Source: Gracilinanus agilis (Eukaryota). Taken from it: a DNA stretch of 64,000 nucleotides. Shown piece after piece: positions 25,415 to 37,149 of this stretch (positions are counted from its first letter, which is position 1; each line of letters begins with the position of its first letter). Below the pieces are notes generated by a model. That model did no database searches and had not been told where the DNA came from. It saw nothing but the letters and a program-made list of their open reading frames with translations. Location: NCBI RefSeq assembly GCF_016433145.1, contig NC_058131.1, positions 601,478,868-601,542,867 of the forward strand, in the 5' to 3' direction. The position numbers were made by a program, and so were the translations under genes.

Positions 25415-26047
25415 TTATAAATATATACTTAAAGTGTGGCTGCCAGGAATCAACATTTCAGATTGATTCCGTAATTAAATTAGACCCAAGTCAGGACTGG
25501 GTTTAAGGTAGTTTACAATTAGGAAAGTAAAGGGTAGGGAAATAGAGTGAGGGAGAGGCTAGTCCAGGCCTGCAGAGGCCTGGACGGAGAGAGAAGGTTA
25601 GAAGGCTAAATGAGGCTACATAGTCACAAGGCCTAGCAACCAGATAGGCAAGAGCCTACTCAAAGGTAGAGTTTGGAAATGCCAAGGTAGGCCAAGGAAG
25701 TCAGCCTAACTTACCCACGTGACCATTCAGAGTAGAAGCTGCCTGAGGTGTCAGCTGAGATCCTTCAGTGCCAAGTTCAAAGCTGGAACTCCCCTTGCAG
25801 GAAGTAACCAACATACTTGGTGTCTCTTGTCACTTCCTGTGGGTCCACCTCTAATTCAAGTGGACAAATGGCAGCCTCTACACTGATTTGGACTGCCCAA
25901 AGGGCAGTCTCTTGTTCTTGATTTGTTACTGTCATGTGTGGGTAACTCATTTCCCCTCCCCACTAAGGGAGGTGGGGATGACCTCATCTCTCTGCCTAGG
26001 GTAAGTAGAGTTTGACTATAAATGGGCTAGAGCTAATTCTAGTTACA
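25415..26047 (-). mobile_element. Putative solo LTR (ERV) between the convergent PRC1 and RCCD1 3' ends
   Basis: About 630-bp non-genic block whose minus strand starts TGTAAC; short internal hairpins (25562-25585, 25891-25909); TSD not resolved. Confidence 0.5.
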
Positions 26048-26860
26048 CACTTTGGGGACTCGTAGCCTACTTACTATCTAAAGGAGGTTCACAAGTTGAA
26101 GGCTTTCTGGCTTGACATTTTTTTCTAGTAGTGCCAAAAATGTAGCACATTATGCAGTAAAAAATGATCCATTAAGTTGGGAGGATTATAGGAAAGCAAA
26201 TCAGTTCAACAAAAGATTTGAAACATTTCTGAAGTCAGTATCAAGGTTTTCCTTCTGAAAAGTACTCTTCTCCCAACCCCTAAATATAGCTATACTTCCC
26301 AAGCCTAAGTAAATGTTAGCATTCTGTTCCTAATCTAGGAGCCAAAAAGTCTTTAGCATGAATTTGGTAGTCTTGACAGTTAGACTGAAAACTGACCTTG
26401 TGTTGATGCATAATAAACTTATCTGACCACAAATAGGAATGTGATGGAAGATTTGCAAGAATCCCCGGAGTTGACTTTCTTTTCCCACGAACACTTCCTA
26501 CAACCTTTTTCCATTTCAAAATGGCCAAATGTTTGGGATTTCTTCCCAAACATCTTGGATTCTTCCTGCACTGAGTCTTGTCTCAGGCTTTACTCTGCTG
26601 GGAAATGCCCTTGGGGGACAGGTAGGCAGTGCCAGCCCCACTTTACAACAATGTAAAGGTTTTAAAAGCTGGCCTCTAACTGAAGAGAGGTGCATCACCT
26701 TAGGTGTAGATTATGAATATTTTTTGTCTTCAGCAAAACCCCTTAAACCAAGATATGGGGAGGGTTGTACAGAACTGTAACAGCTTTGACCCTAAAGTTA
26801 AAAATATGTACCTGCCATTTGATTTCAAAACTGCCAAATATAGGAGGTACTAGAAGACAT

Positions 26861-26866
26861 TTTATT
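26861..26866 (-). terminator. Candidate proximal RCCD1 polyA signal (AATAAA on minus)
   Basis: About 130 nt after the RCCD1 stop; a second candidate lies at 25038-25043. Confidence 0.4.
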
Positions 26867-26992
26867 TGGCTTGAAAGTTTGTTTTTGATTTTTAGCAAAG
26901 CAAATTTTAGGGTTAGGTATTACCAATACAGATATAAACCCTCCCCAATGTTTCCTACAGCTCTAAAACGACGGCCGATTCAGAATCGTCAG

Positions 26993-27174
26993 CTACAGCG
27001 GGGCTCTGTCCAGTTGGCTAGAAAGTCTGGTCTTTTCTTCCACCGCATACACATAAGTGTTCCATGGGCCACAGATCACAGCTTCCACACGGAGCAGATT
27101 ATCTGTGAAATAGTCCACCCGTTGGGGACAATCCAAACTAGCTGTATTCTTGTGACCAAGTTGTCCATATTTGC
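26993..27174 (-). CDS. RCCD1: RCCD1 terminal coding exon
   Basis: tccag|GCAAATAT..., GKYGQLGH...[29 protein letters not shown] at 26995-26993. Confidence 0.94.
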
Positions 27175-30100
27175 CTGGAATAAATATAAAAACAAATGCC
27201 TTCCGCCACTCTCACCAACCTCACAGCCTCTTCTCCCCTCACCTGCTCCCATCTCTGAACAGGACAGGGAGTTTAGAACATCCCCAAACCCCAGCACTAA
27301 GGGCGGTTAGAAGTGTCTGGAAACACCTTGGAAAGTCCCAGGCCCGTCCTCTAAGGACGGCCTCTCCACTCTCCCTCGGATGCCCCTTCCCAGCACTGAG
27401 GTGCTCTTGGGACTATGCAGTCTTCAGGGCTAGAGAGCTTCGCTAGGGACCCCCTCGGTCCTCTGCCCAATAACAAATGCTGCTTCAGCCTTCCACCTTT
27501 GTTACTGTGGCCATGAATTCCTCCCACGCTTCTCCCCCTGGCTTTCCAGCTGGAGGGTTACTTACCCCAGCCCCAAGTGTAGAGTTCCCCATCTCCTACA
27601 ATTGAAACAACAGAAGTGAGGCGGTCACTACGCCCTCCCTGGCCAGTGCGTGTCACAATCAGCCAGAATGAATTTAACCGTGAACCTCTGGAGAAGCCGA
27701 GAACAAGGCGCAGACCGGCTATGCGATGGGTGACTTCTCACTGTCCAGCGGTGAACAGACCAAGAGCTGGGTTGGTGATTTGTTTGCTCTGGTGGGAACG
27801 GCGTGGCCGGCTTGGCCTGAACCCAACCTAACCTACCCGGCACTGCTTAGGAGCTCCCTCCACTTCCTGCCTGAGCTCACGAAGCTGCCTACTGGGAGTC
27901 CCTGAATCCTCCATAACCAACCGGCCCAGGCCTAGCTTTACTTACGGGTCACCACAGCCGTGTGTCGGGATCCACAGCTGGCCTTGCTGACCTCTGAGCC
28001 CCCGGGAAGATCCAGTAACGCTGGAAACGGCTGGATGGATATGAACTGAGCCGGGTCTCCATCCCCATCCACGATCGGTCCCTCTGCCTCAGGACTGCAC
28101 GAGGACGGCCCAGAAGCTGGGGGACAAAGAAGCAGGCCTCCGTTTACTGAGCACATCCACGGCAAAGGCAGCCAAGGTTTCTGCCGGGGACTCGCAAGGG
28201 GCTCTCTGAGTTTCACTGGGAGACGATGGCTAGGGATGGACGCTACGAAGGGTGACGGGCTTCTTGGGGGACCAGAATGAAAGAAACAAGGGAGTGGGGC
28301 CGGATGATAAAATGGAACTTCTTACCACCTGCCACTGTCTTCTCTTTCTCTGCAATGGCTCTGGAAGGCAGTGCAAGTTGCCCGGACTCATTCCAGCCCC
28401 ACACATAGAGATCACCAGCCTCTGCCAAAAAAAGAAGTCTCTTTCCAGCTAGCACTTTAGAAAAAGTAAACTGAACTCTGTCCCTTCTCAGCAGGGTGCT
28501 GGTGGGTTCTAGCTGCAATCAGTTGGTCAATAGTCAACAAGCCTTTACTATGTGCCAGACACTGTGCCAAGTGCCAAGTGCTAAGGACACAAAGAAAAAG
28601 CAAAAATACAACTGACCCTTGCCTTTGAGGAACTCAAAATTCTAATGGAGGAGACAATAATGCAAAGAACCTTGTACATTCAAGACATATAAGTAGCATA
28701 AATGACAAGCAGTATCAGAGGGGAGGAATCAGCAGTCAGTGGACCAGGAAGATCCCCTAAAGAAGGTGGGATTTGTGAGTAATTCTCCAGAGAAGTCAGG
28801 AGATGGAGGTGAGAAGGGAGAGCATGCTAGGCTAAGGGGACAGCCAGTGACAAAGCCCAGCCTCGAGAGACGGAGCATCCTGTTTAAGGTACACCTGGGC
28901 AGCCACTGTAGCTAGGTCTTAAGTACACAGAGGGAAGCACACTAGGAGATGACTGAAAAGCAGGAAGGACTTTAAATGCCAAACAGTACTTTATACTTGG
29001 TTTTGGAAGGTAATGGGGAGCTGATGGAGTTTAGGGGTGACATGGCCAGATCAGCGCTTTAGGCTAAATCACTTTGGTTGCTGAGTAGGGGCTAAACCAG
29101 GGCAAGGAGACAATCCAGAAAGCTATTGCAATAGTGTGGGTGTGAAATGACAGGGGCCCATACCACCGAGGCACTGTGTGGGTGAAGAGGATGCACATAG
29201 GATGTTGCAAAGGGAGAAACAAGATGACTCTAAAATGGATGGGTTGAGCGTGAGGAGCTGAGGGTGACACTAAGGTTGCAAGTCATGATTAGAAGAAGGA
29301 TAGTGGTACCCTCAACAGTAATAGGAAAGTTGGGAAGAGTGGGGAGTTTTGGGGAAAAAATGAGTTGTATTTTGGACATATTGAGTTTTGAGATATTTAC
29401 AGGACATCCAATTTGAGAATTCCAAAAGACGGTTGTGGCTTTAGTAATGTAAGACCATAGCCCAACAGAGAGGCTAAGGCTAGCTATACAGATGTGAGAA
29501 TTATTTGCATGGAGATAATGGAATCTATGGGAGCTGATGAGAAGATAAGAGGACCCAAAAAGAGTCTTACGGAGCATCCATGACAGGTGGACATTACCTG
29601 CATAAAGACTCAGCAAATGAAATTAAGCAGGAGAGAGCAGTGTTGGGAAAGCCTACAGAGGAAAGAAAATCCAAGGGAAGTTGATGGAGGACAGGATCAA
29701 TGGCTGCAGAGAGGTCCATAAGGATGAAGACTTGAAAAAAGGCCATTCAATTTGACAATTAAAAGAGATCAATGATAACTTTGGAGAAGAAAATTTCAGA
29801 TAAATAAGAAGCCAGACTCTAGAGAATTTAGAAGAGTGAAAAGAGGAGGATGGGATGCTACCTAAGACAAGCTGGATGGATCAGGAGGGAGGGTGTTTTT
29901 TGGATTGTTTGTTTTTAAAGGATGAGAGAAAGAGAGGAGTCACTTTGTAGGCAGCAGGGACGGATCTAGTTGTTAGGAAGAGACAAGATTAGAGAGAATG
30001 GGGATGATGGAGGGAGCACTCTCCAGAGGAAGACTGGAGGAAAGAGATCAAGGATGCACATAGTGTGCCTTTGCAAGAAGAAAGGTCACCTCTTCACAAG

Positions 30101-33100
30101 AGACAGAAAGAAAAAAAAAAGATGGGGGAAGATGTCTAAGTGATGTGAGCTGAGAAGAGAAGAGCAGCATCTCACTGAATGGTCTCAAACTGGATCCAGG
30201 TCCTCTGCTAAGAGAGTGTTGGAGCTTTGGGAAGCTGGAGGAAAGATAAGAAGTTTGGAATAGTCATTGGGGAAAGAGGAATTGTAAATCTATAAGGGAG
30301 GTATTGAAGGTTTGCCTTGATGCCATGAGGCCCCCAGTTAAGATTAACACAAGTTTGTGGTAGGCTTACTGGGTCAAGGACAGGCAGGAAAGAAAGAAGG
30401 AAACAAGCATTTATTAAATACTTTCTATGTACCTCCCAGAAGACACTGTGCTAAGTGCTTTAAAATATTTTCGACAGTAAAATATTGGGAAGATAGGTGC
30501 TATTATTAACCCCATTTTACTACTGGAGAAATTGGGGCACACAGAGGTCAAGTCACTTTCTCAGGGTCATGCTTTACCTGCTTCAGCCCCTCATTGCCTA
30601 AGGCTGACAAGGAAATGATTCTATACAACACAGAATTTAATTTATTCTAGTCATTCATAACTTGATTCCACAAACATTTACTGGCAGTCAGTCTGTGCAG
30701 AGCATGGTGCTCAGTGCTCATGACTGTCGCATGGGAGAGTTGGTTTTGTCTCTCTTTGAGTTGCCAAAGAGGAAACAAGGCTATGGATAAGGATGAGACA
30801 GAATCCATGAGATGGGGAAGGCTGGGAAGACTCGCAGTCTGTGGCTCGGAAGGAATGGCCTCCTTCCCTTTGAGGCCACCATAAATCCATCCACAAGTAC
30901 TGAGGTATAAGAAGATCCTTGAATGGAGCAGACCATAATGGAACGTCTGTGTCCCCACAGTGGGTCACGGGAGAGTTACACCTGGGGTAAGAGAAGGGCC
31001 AAAGGAACCAGGAGGAGGAGGAGGCTCACCGCTCACGCAGAGAGAATGCCACCCGCCGGCCGCTACCCGGGCCATGGGCAGGCCCTGAAGTGCCTCCACC
31101 TGCCGGGGCTCCAGCTCAGCTTCCAGGGCGCCGTGGCCCAGCTGCCCGTGTCTGAGCAAAGAGAGACAAGCCGGGGGAGTTTCAGAGCTCTCTGCTTTGA
31201 GCTCCCCCCTGCAAGCCCAGGACTCCCACTCCAGCCAGATTTCCTGGGCTTACCTGCCTGTGCCCCACGTGTACACCTGCCCCATTCCAGCCAACAGCAG
31301 GGCATGCTCTGCCCCCAGCACCAGCTGCCGGGCCTTCAGCTCTGGAGCCAGGGGCCGAGAGAAAGGCTGCCGAGGGCTCACGTACCAGCCGGGCTCTGGA
31401 ACTAGGGGGAGCAAAGCAGGGGCCAGGGGGCCTCCGGTCTGGGGCCCAGACCCAGGCTCCGACTCCCGGCTTCCCTGCTGCAGGAGCTGCTGGGTCCACA
31501 GGGGCTCCCCTCCAAGTTCAGGGGCTGCAGCCCAGGCCTGCACCTCTGCTGGGGTCCCCTCAGCCTCCATACGCAGCACAAGCAGATGCTGCTCTGAGGC
31601 CAGCATGTCCCTGCATCCTGGGAGCTGGCCACTCACAGAGCCCGACAGCAGCAGGCCACCATCCCCTGGAAAGGAAGAAGCATCTGTGCCTGGGGCTGGT
31701 CACTGGGGGCAGACACTGGGGTGACCGGCACTGGGTCTTCTGGGGAGGACACACGGGCAAGGAGCTGTGCGCACAGAGAGGGGGTGTGAGCATATGCCGT
31801 GCTAATGAAAGTTAAAGAACACCAGGGGCAGAGAGTTCCCCAGAAAATCATATGCCTGAAGACAAGCACGCAAGTCCTGGGCCAGCCCTTGGGTTGTTTA
31901 CGGCTCCCCAACTTCCTTAGGACGGAGGGTCCCCATCTCTTCCTTTCTCTGCTAGGACCTAAACATGAACTGGAGATACTGGCCTTACGTCAGCACTTTA
32001 TCCTGCCCCAATCTCAGAAATAACCTTCTTATGATTTGCTAAATGAACAGGTAAAACTCACCAATCCGGCGACAAGCAGCCTTTTGGGGAACCTGTTGTG
32101 TTTTTTTTTTTTTAAACCCTCATCTTCTTTCTTGGAATCTATATTAAGTATTGGTTCCAAGGCAGAAGAGCAGTAAGGGCTAGGCAATGGGGGTTAAGTG
32201 ACTTGTCTAGGATTACCCAACCAGGAAGTATCTGAGGCCACATTTGAACCCAGGACTTTCTGCCTCCAGGCCTGTCTCTCGGTCCACAGTGATACCTAGC
32301 AGCAATCCAGAAACCTGTTATGCATTCCCATTGTCTCCTCAAGAACAGCAACCAATGGGACATTACATGGATATTTCTGGGACTAAATACAGCTTCACAC
32401 TATAGATTCAGCTAAGGTTTTGCTTATCAAAACTCACAAGAATTTCCTGCCAGATCTCTGTGTGAAAGTTCATGGGAAATCCTGTGACTCAGGCTAGGTT
32501 CCACCGAGCAAGATGGACTCAAAGGTCAGGGGAATGAGCTGTCCCCTGGGATGGGGCCCAGCAGGGACAGAGGCAAGTACCAGGATAGGGTGAGCAGTGG
32601 GATGGGGGAGGGAGGCTGTTCCTGAGCTTCACCGGGATGGAGTCAAGGACAAGCTGCGCAGGATTGGTGGGTGGGAGTCTGTGCATGAAGATCAGCCAGA
32701 GAACGCTGGGGCTACAGGCCTTGGGAAGTTGGGGGGGCTGTGGAAAGAGAAGGACGAGGAGATCTGGGGCGCTTAGTGGATGGAAAGCCAGGTCCAGGGT
32801 TCACATTTGGCCTGGGACCCCTAAGTTGTGTGACCCTGGGCAAGTCATTTAACCCCATTGTCTAGCTCTTACTGCTCTTCTGCCTTAGAACCAATACATG
32901 GTATTGATTCTGAGACAGAAGATAAGAGTTTTAAATAAATAAAATAAAAGGAAGAGGAGGGGAAGGAGAAGCAGGAAAAAAGGAGAAAGATAAGGGGGAG
33001 GAGAAGAGGAAAAGGAGGAAGAAAGAAAGGGGAGAAGAGGAGGGAGGAGGAAGAAAAGGAGAAAAGGAAGGTAAGGGGGAGGGGCAGGAGAGGAAGAAAG

Positions 33101-33955
33101 AAGTGGGGAGAAGGATAAAGGAGAGGAGGAGGAGGAGAAGGCATAGAGGAACCGGGGAAGGGGTTGAAGGAAAAGAAAAGGAAGGGAAAGAGGAGGGGCA
33201 GGGGANNNNNNNNNNNNNNNNNNNNNNNNNNNNNNNNNNNNNNNNNNNNNNNNNNNNNNNNNNNNNNNNNNNNNNNNNNNNNNNNNNNNNNNNNNNNNNN
33301 NNNNNNNNNNNNNNNNNNNNNNNNNNNNNNNNNNNNNNNNNNNNNNNNNNNNNNNNNNNNNNNNNNNNNNNNNNNNNNNNNNNNNNNNNNNNNNNNNNNN
33401 NNNNNNNNNNNNNNNNNNNNNNNNNNNNNNNNNNNNNNNNNNNNNNNNNNNNNNNNNNNNNNNNNNNNNNNNNNNNNNNNNNNNNNNNNNNNNNNNNNNN
33501 NNNNNNNNNNNNNNNNNNNNNNNNNNNNNNNNNNNNNNNNNNNNNNNNNNNNNNNNNNNNNNNNNNNNNNNNNNNNNNNNNNNNAGGAAGAGGGGAGGGA
33601 GGAGGATGGTGGGGAGGAAAGGAGGAAGAAGGGGAAGAAGGAGGAGGCCAGGAGAAAGAGGAGGGGGAGGAGGAGGAAGAGAAGAAGGTGGGGGAAGGGA
33701 GGAGGAGAGCAGGCGCCCCGCCCCCCTCCTTCCGCGCTCACGTGTCAAGAAGCCGCTGAAGCTCCAGCTCGGCCGCACTTGGAGGACTTCGATGACCGCA
33801 GCCTGGGCCTTTTCCGGGTCTCTCTCTCCGCTGCCCTCCAGCACCAGCGGCTCGGGCCCGTATAAACTGCTCCGCGGCCCCAGCTCCGAGCCCAGAGCCT
33901 GCCCGAAACCGCGAAACCCAAACCCGAACCAACCTGGCCGCGGCGGGCTCCCCAT
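26993..33955 (-). CDS. RCCD1: RCC1 domain-containing protein 1, 7 coding exons, 408 aa
   Basis: Minus-strand GT-AG exons 33955-33742, 31665-31254, 31151-31030, 28421-28326, 28116-27946, 27595-27566, 27174-26993; total 1227 nt, phases consistent. N-terminus [19 protein letters not shown]; RCC1 repeats ([61 protein letters not shown]). Confidence 0.96.
27566..27595 (-). CDS. RCCD1: RCCD1 coding exon 6 (30 nt)
   Basis: tgtag|GAGATGGGGAACTCTACACTTGGGGCTGGG|gtaagt, [10 protein letters not shown]. Confidence 0.93.
27946..28116 (-). CDS. RCCD1: RCCD1 coding exon 5
   Basis: cccag|CTTC...ACCC|gtaag, 171 nt, [10 protein letters not shown]...[11 protein letters not shown]. Confidence 0.94.
28326..28421 (-). 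CDS. RCCD1: RCCD1 coding exon 4
   Basis: ggcag|AGGCT...GGTG|gtaag, 96 nt, [17 protein letters not shown]. Confidence 0.94.
28515..30420 (-). mobile_element. LINE-2 fragment in an RCCD1 intron
   Basis: L2 3' end signature at about 28530; minus ORF 29230-29616 resembles L2 RT C-terminus ([11 protein letters not shown]...[16 protein letters not shown]). Confidence 0.8.
31030..31151 (-). CDS. RCCD1: RCCD1 coding exon 3
   Basis: ctcag|ACAC...AGCG|gtgag, 122 nt, [16 protein letters not shown]. Confidence 0.95.
31254..31665 (-). CDS. RCCD1: RCCD1 coding exon 2
   Basis: tttccag|GGGAT...GGCAG|gtaag, 412 nt. Confidence 0.95.
32100..32300 (-). mobile_element. SINE1_Mdo-type SINE
   Basis: Antisense copy with T-tail. 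Confidence 0.8.
32946..33710. repeat. Polypurine (G/A-rich) low-complexity tract in an RCCD1 intron, containing an assembly gap
   Basis: Almost pure A/G on the + strand on both sides of the N run. Confidence 0.9.
33206..33584. other. Assembly gap (379 N)
   Basis: N run. Confidence 0.99.
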
Positions 33956-34155
33956 GCCCGGGCGTGTAGTGGAGCGGCCGGGGCGGCCTCTTTGCGGACA
34001 GCGCCCTCTGCTGTCCTGAGGCAGCACGCACGGCCCTCCCTGGGTCTGGGCGCCTGGGGGCGGGGCTAAGACCACGCGCGCAGCCTGAGCATCATTCAGC
34101 CCCACTCGCCATAGTATAGTCCCTGGAGTGTTTTGCGTGGAAGTGGCCGGAATAT
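33710..34155 (-). promoter_or_regulatory. RCCD1 promoter CpG island
   Basis: Dense CpG around the ATG; GC box near 34058; Ets-like GGAAGT/CCGGAA at about 34139-34152. Confidence 0.75.
33742..33955 (-). CDS. RCCD1: RCCD1 first coding exon
   Basis: ATG at 33955; donor TTGACAC|gtgag; [14 protein letters not shown]...WSFSGFLT. Confidence 0.93.
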
Positions 34156-35120
34156 ATGCAAAATTAAAAAAAGAAAGTCAAAATTGAATTACATGTGTAA
34201 ATTTTTTGCTTTTAACTTCTTCCAGTTACTAGCCCCGTGTCTTTCAGCAAATGACTTTACCACTTAGGAACCTCCTAATTTTCCTCAACTATAAAATGGA
34301 AATACTATTATCTTTCTTGCCAATTGGAGTAGACGATTTCCTGAGGGCCTGTTAAGGTCCAAGATTTATGACTCCTTAATCTGACATCCTTAATAACATA
34401 AATAACGATCAATGTGCAGTGTGACAATTAGGTATAAATAATAATAATAATAATAATAGCTAACATAGCATTGAAAGGTTTGTAAAGTGCTTAAAAATAT
34501 CTCATTTAATCTTCACAATTCTGGAAGATGGATGCTATTATTATAAATGATAATAAGTATTTTACTGTAATAATTTAAATTAAATGTACATATTTTACCA
34601 TAAATGACTCCGGTTTGTTTCCCTATAATGTGAGAAGTAGAAGGATGCAGAGATAATAATCACAAAGATTCCTTGACTGGCATTTGTTGCCAGTCCACTG
34701 GTACCTCCCTTCTGGGGATGGAACAGGTATGAAGAACACTTTTTCTTAACACAAGGATTGGAATGAACCACAATGCATCAGGGCTTAAAATGGAGAAGAA
34801 CTTTAGTCTTAATATTATAGGATATTATCCAAACAGAATTTAAATCTGAAAGAAGCTTAGAAATATGGAATTTGTTGCTGTTCGGTTGTGTCCAATTCTT
34901 TGTGACTCCAGCTGATATTTTCTTGGCAAAAATACTGAGTGGTTGACCATTTCCTTTTCTAGCTCATTTAACAGATGAGGAAACTGAGGCAAACAGGGTT
35001 AGGTGACTTGCCGAGGGTCACACAGCTAGTAAATATCCAAGGCTAAATTTGAACTCAGGAAGATGCCTTTCTGACTCCAAGTCCAGTACTCTGTCCACTG
35101 CACCCCCTAGCTGCCCTAAA

Positions 35121-35371
35121 NNNNNNNNNNNNNNNNNNNNNNNNNNNNNNNNNNNNNNNNNNNNNNNNNNNNNNNNNNNNNNNNNNNNNNNNNNNNNNNN
35201 NNNNNNNNNNNNNNNNNNNNNNNNNNNNNNNNNNNNNNNNNNNNNNNNNNNNNNNNNNNNNNNNNNNNNNNNNNNNNNNNNNNNNNNNNNNNNNNNNNNN
35301 NNNNNNNNNNNNNNNNNNNNNNNNNNNNNNNNNNNNNNNNNNNNNNNNNNNNNNNNNNNNNNNNNNNNNNN
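35121..35371. other. Assembly gap (251 N)
   Basis: N run. Confidence 0.99.
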
Positions 35372-35924
35372 AAGCAATGGGGGTTAAGTGACTTGCCCAG
35401 GGTCAAACAGCAAGGAAATGCCTGAGGCCAAATTTGAACCCAGGACCTCCCGTCTGTAGGCCTGGCTTTCAATCCACTGAGCCACCCAGCTGCCCCCCAC
35501 AGATCCCTTATTTTCAGATCAAGAAACTGATTTTATAAGGATCTATGAATTAAACATGTAACTCATGTGCTGAATATTTTTCACTCATTGATATTACATA
35601 TTGCTTAACTCCTCTGGAAACTTAGTTTCCACATCTGAAAAATAAGGATGCCTATTTTCACTTATACATGCATGTTATAGAGGAATATATATATGTGTGT
35701 GTGTGTGTATACACACAAATAAATAAATAAATAGTGCTTAATAAATGCTTTTGTAATTTGAAAGCAAATGCCCTTGTTATTATTTCTATGTCAGAAGAGT
35801 TAACAACCAGAATCTGAATAAAATAAAGGCCTATAATAAAAAGTTCTTTAGAAGTCAACACACTAGGAAAGGGCAGTATCACTTGGCAAAACCTGACAGT
35901 TCTGCAAGGCAACAAAACAGAGGG

Positions 35925-36170
35925 GAAGCCTAGTGGCATGGTAAATAGATCCCTGGCCTTGGGAGGAGAAAAGCATCTTCATGAGTTCAAATTTAGTTTC
36001 AGACACTTACTAGCTGTAGGACCCTAGGCAAGTTACTTAAGTCTATTTGCCTCAGTTTCCTCATCTGTCAAATAACCTAGTGAAAGAAATGGTAAACTAT
36101 TCCAACATCTTTGCCAAAAAAAAAAAAAACCCAAATGGAATCACAAAGAGTTGGACTTGACTGAACATGA
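35925..36170 (+). mobile_element. Mar1-type SINE
   Basis: CORE plus gaaatggtaaactattccaacatctttgcc tail. Confidence 0.7.
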
Positions 36171-36714
36171 ACATGTTCAAATATGTGTCTAAGAGCATGA
36201 GAAAACAACAAAAAAAATAAGCATACATGTTGATTTTAAATGATTATACTTTTTTTGGTAAATTTTCCTTATTTATTGATGGTTAACTGATCCCCAAAGT
36301 TGCATAATGCTCATTTTGTTATTTTCTTCAACTTTTTAAACCTTTTTTATGTCTATAGTTATAGATTTGTTGCTGTACATTACTTTCCAAAATGGTGGGA
36401 CCCATTCATCATTCCATCAGTAATGTAGGGACATAGTAGAGAGAGACCTCAATGCGAGGCACAGAAAATTCTGAACTCAGGATGTTATTTAGGTTATCAA
36501 TATACTTCCTAGTAAGTGACCCCCTGCCCAGTCACCTAACTATGCTGCTTTCTCCCTATATGACCTTGAGTAGATCTATTTTCATCCCCAGTGTAAGCAC
36601 AGTGCTTTGAACACAGTAAGGCTTAATAAACTTGTATTCATTCATTCATGGACCATTCCATACCCATTGCTTCCCCCATCTTTCTAAAGGATAAACTACT
36701 CTTTGGAAATTAAT

Positions 36715-36896
36715 CAGTGGTTCCCAAACTTTTTTGGCCTACCGCCCCCTTTCCAGAAAAAAATATTAGTCAGCGCCCCATGTCACATACTATCACCGCC
36801 CCCCTTACAGTGATTCACCGCCCCCAAATGCACCTGTGGCCATCACGACTCTCTTGGATCGCTGCAGCACCCACCAGGGCGCCCACTTTGGGAATC
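36715..36896 (+). mobile_element. hAT/Charlie-type MITE
   Basis: CAGTGGTTCCCAAAC left TIR; ends ctttgggaatc; same family as the copies at 46775 and 50112. Confidence 0.8.
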
Positions 36897-37149
36897 CAAA
36901 GTTTGGATCTTTGTCTCCACGGAAGGGACCAGGAGAATCCAATCAGAACCCGGTGAGAATACTTCCTCCGTGGCTCTGCTTCTGTTAGGGGGCTTCCCAG
37001 ACCTAATCTTATTAACAGCCAATTCACAGATCGTTTCTTGGAGTGCATCATTTATCGTTCATTTCTCAGAGATTCTTGGTCATTTTTGGATGCTGCTCGA
37101 TCTTAATACCTGCGCTTTTCTCGCCTTACTCTTTCCGCGCAGGATCCAC

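Noticed and set aside
26765-27310. 181-aa plus-strand ORF
   Set aside because: It overlaps the RCCD1 last exon and UTR in antisense, with no independent splice or domain support.
30923-31724. Plus-strand ORFs of 160 and 175 aa
   Set aside because: They are antisense to RCCD1 exons 2-3 in GC-rich DNA.
32869-34105. Long ORFs of 218-406 aa around the N run
   Set aside because: They are artefacts of Ns and the stop-poor purine tract; only 33955-33742 is real RCCD1 coding sequence.
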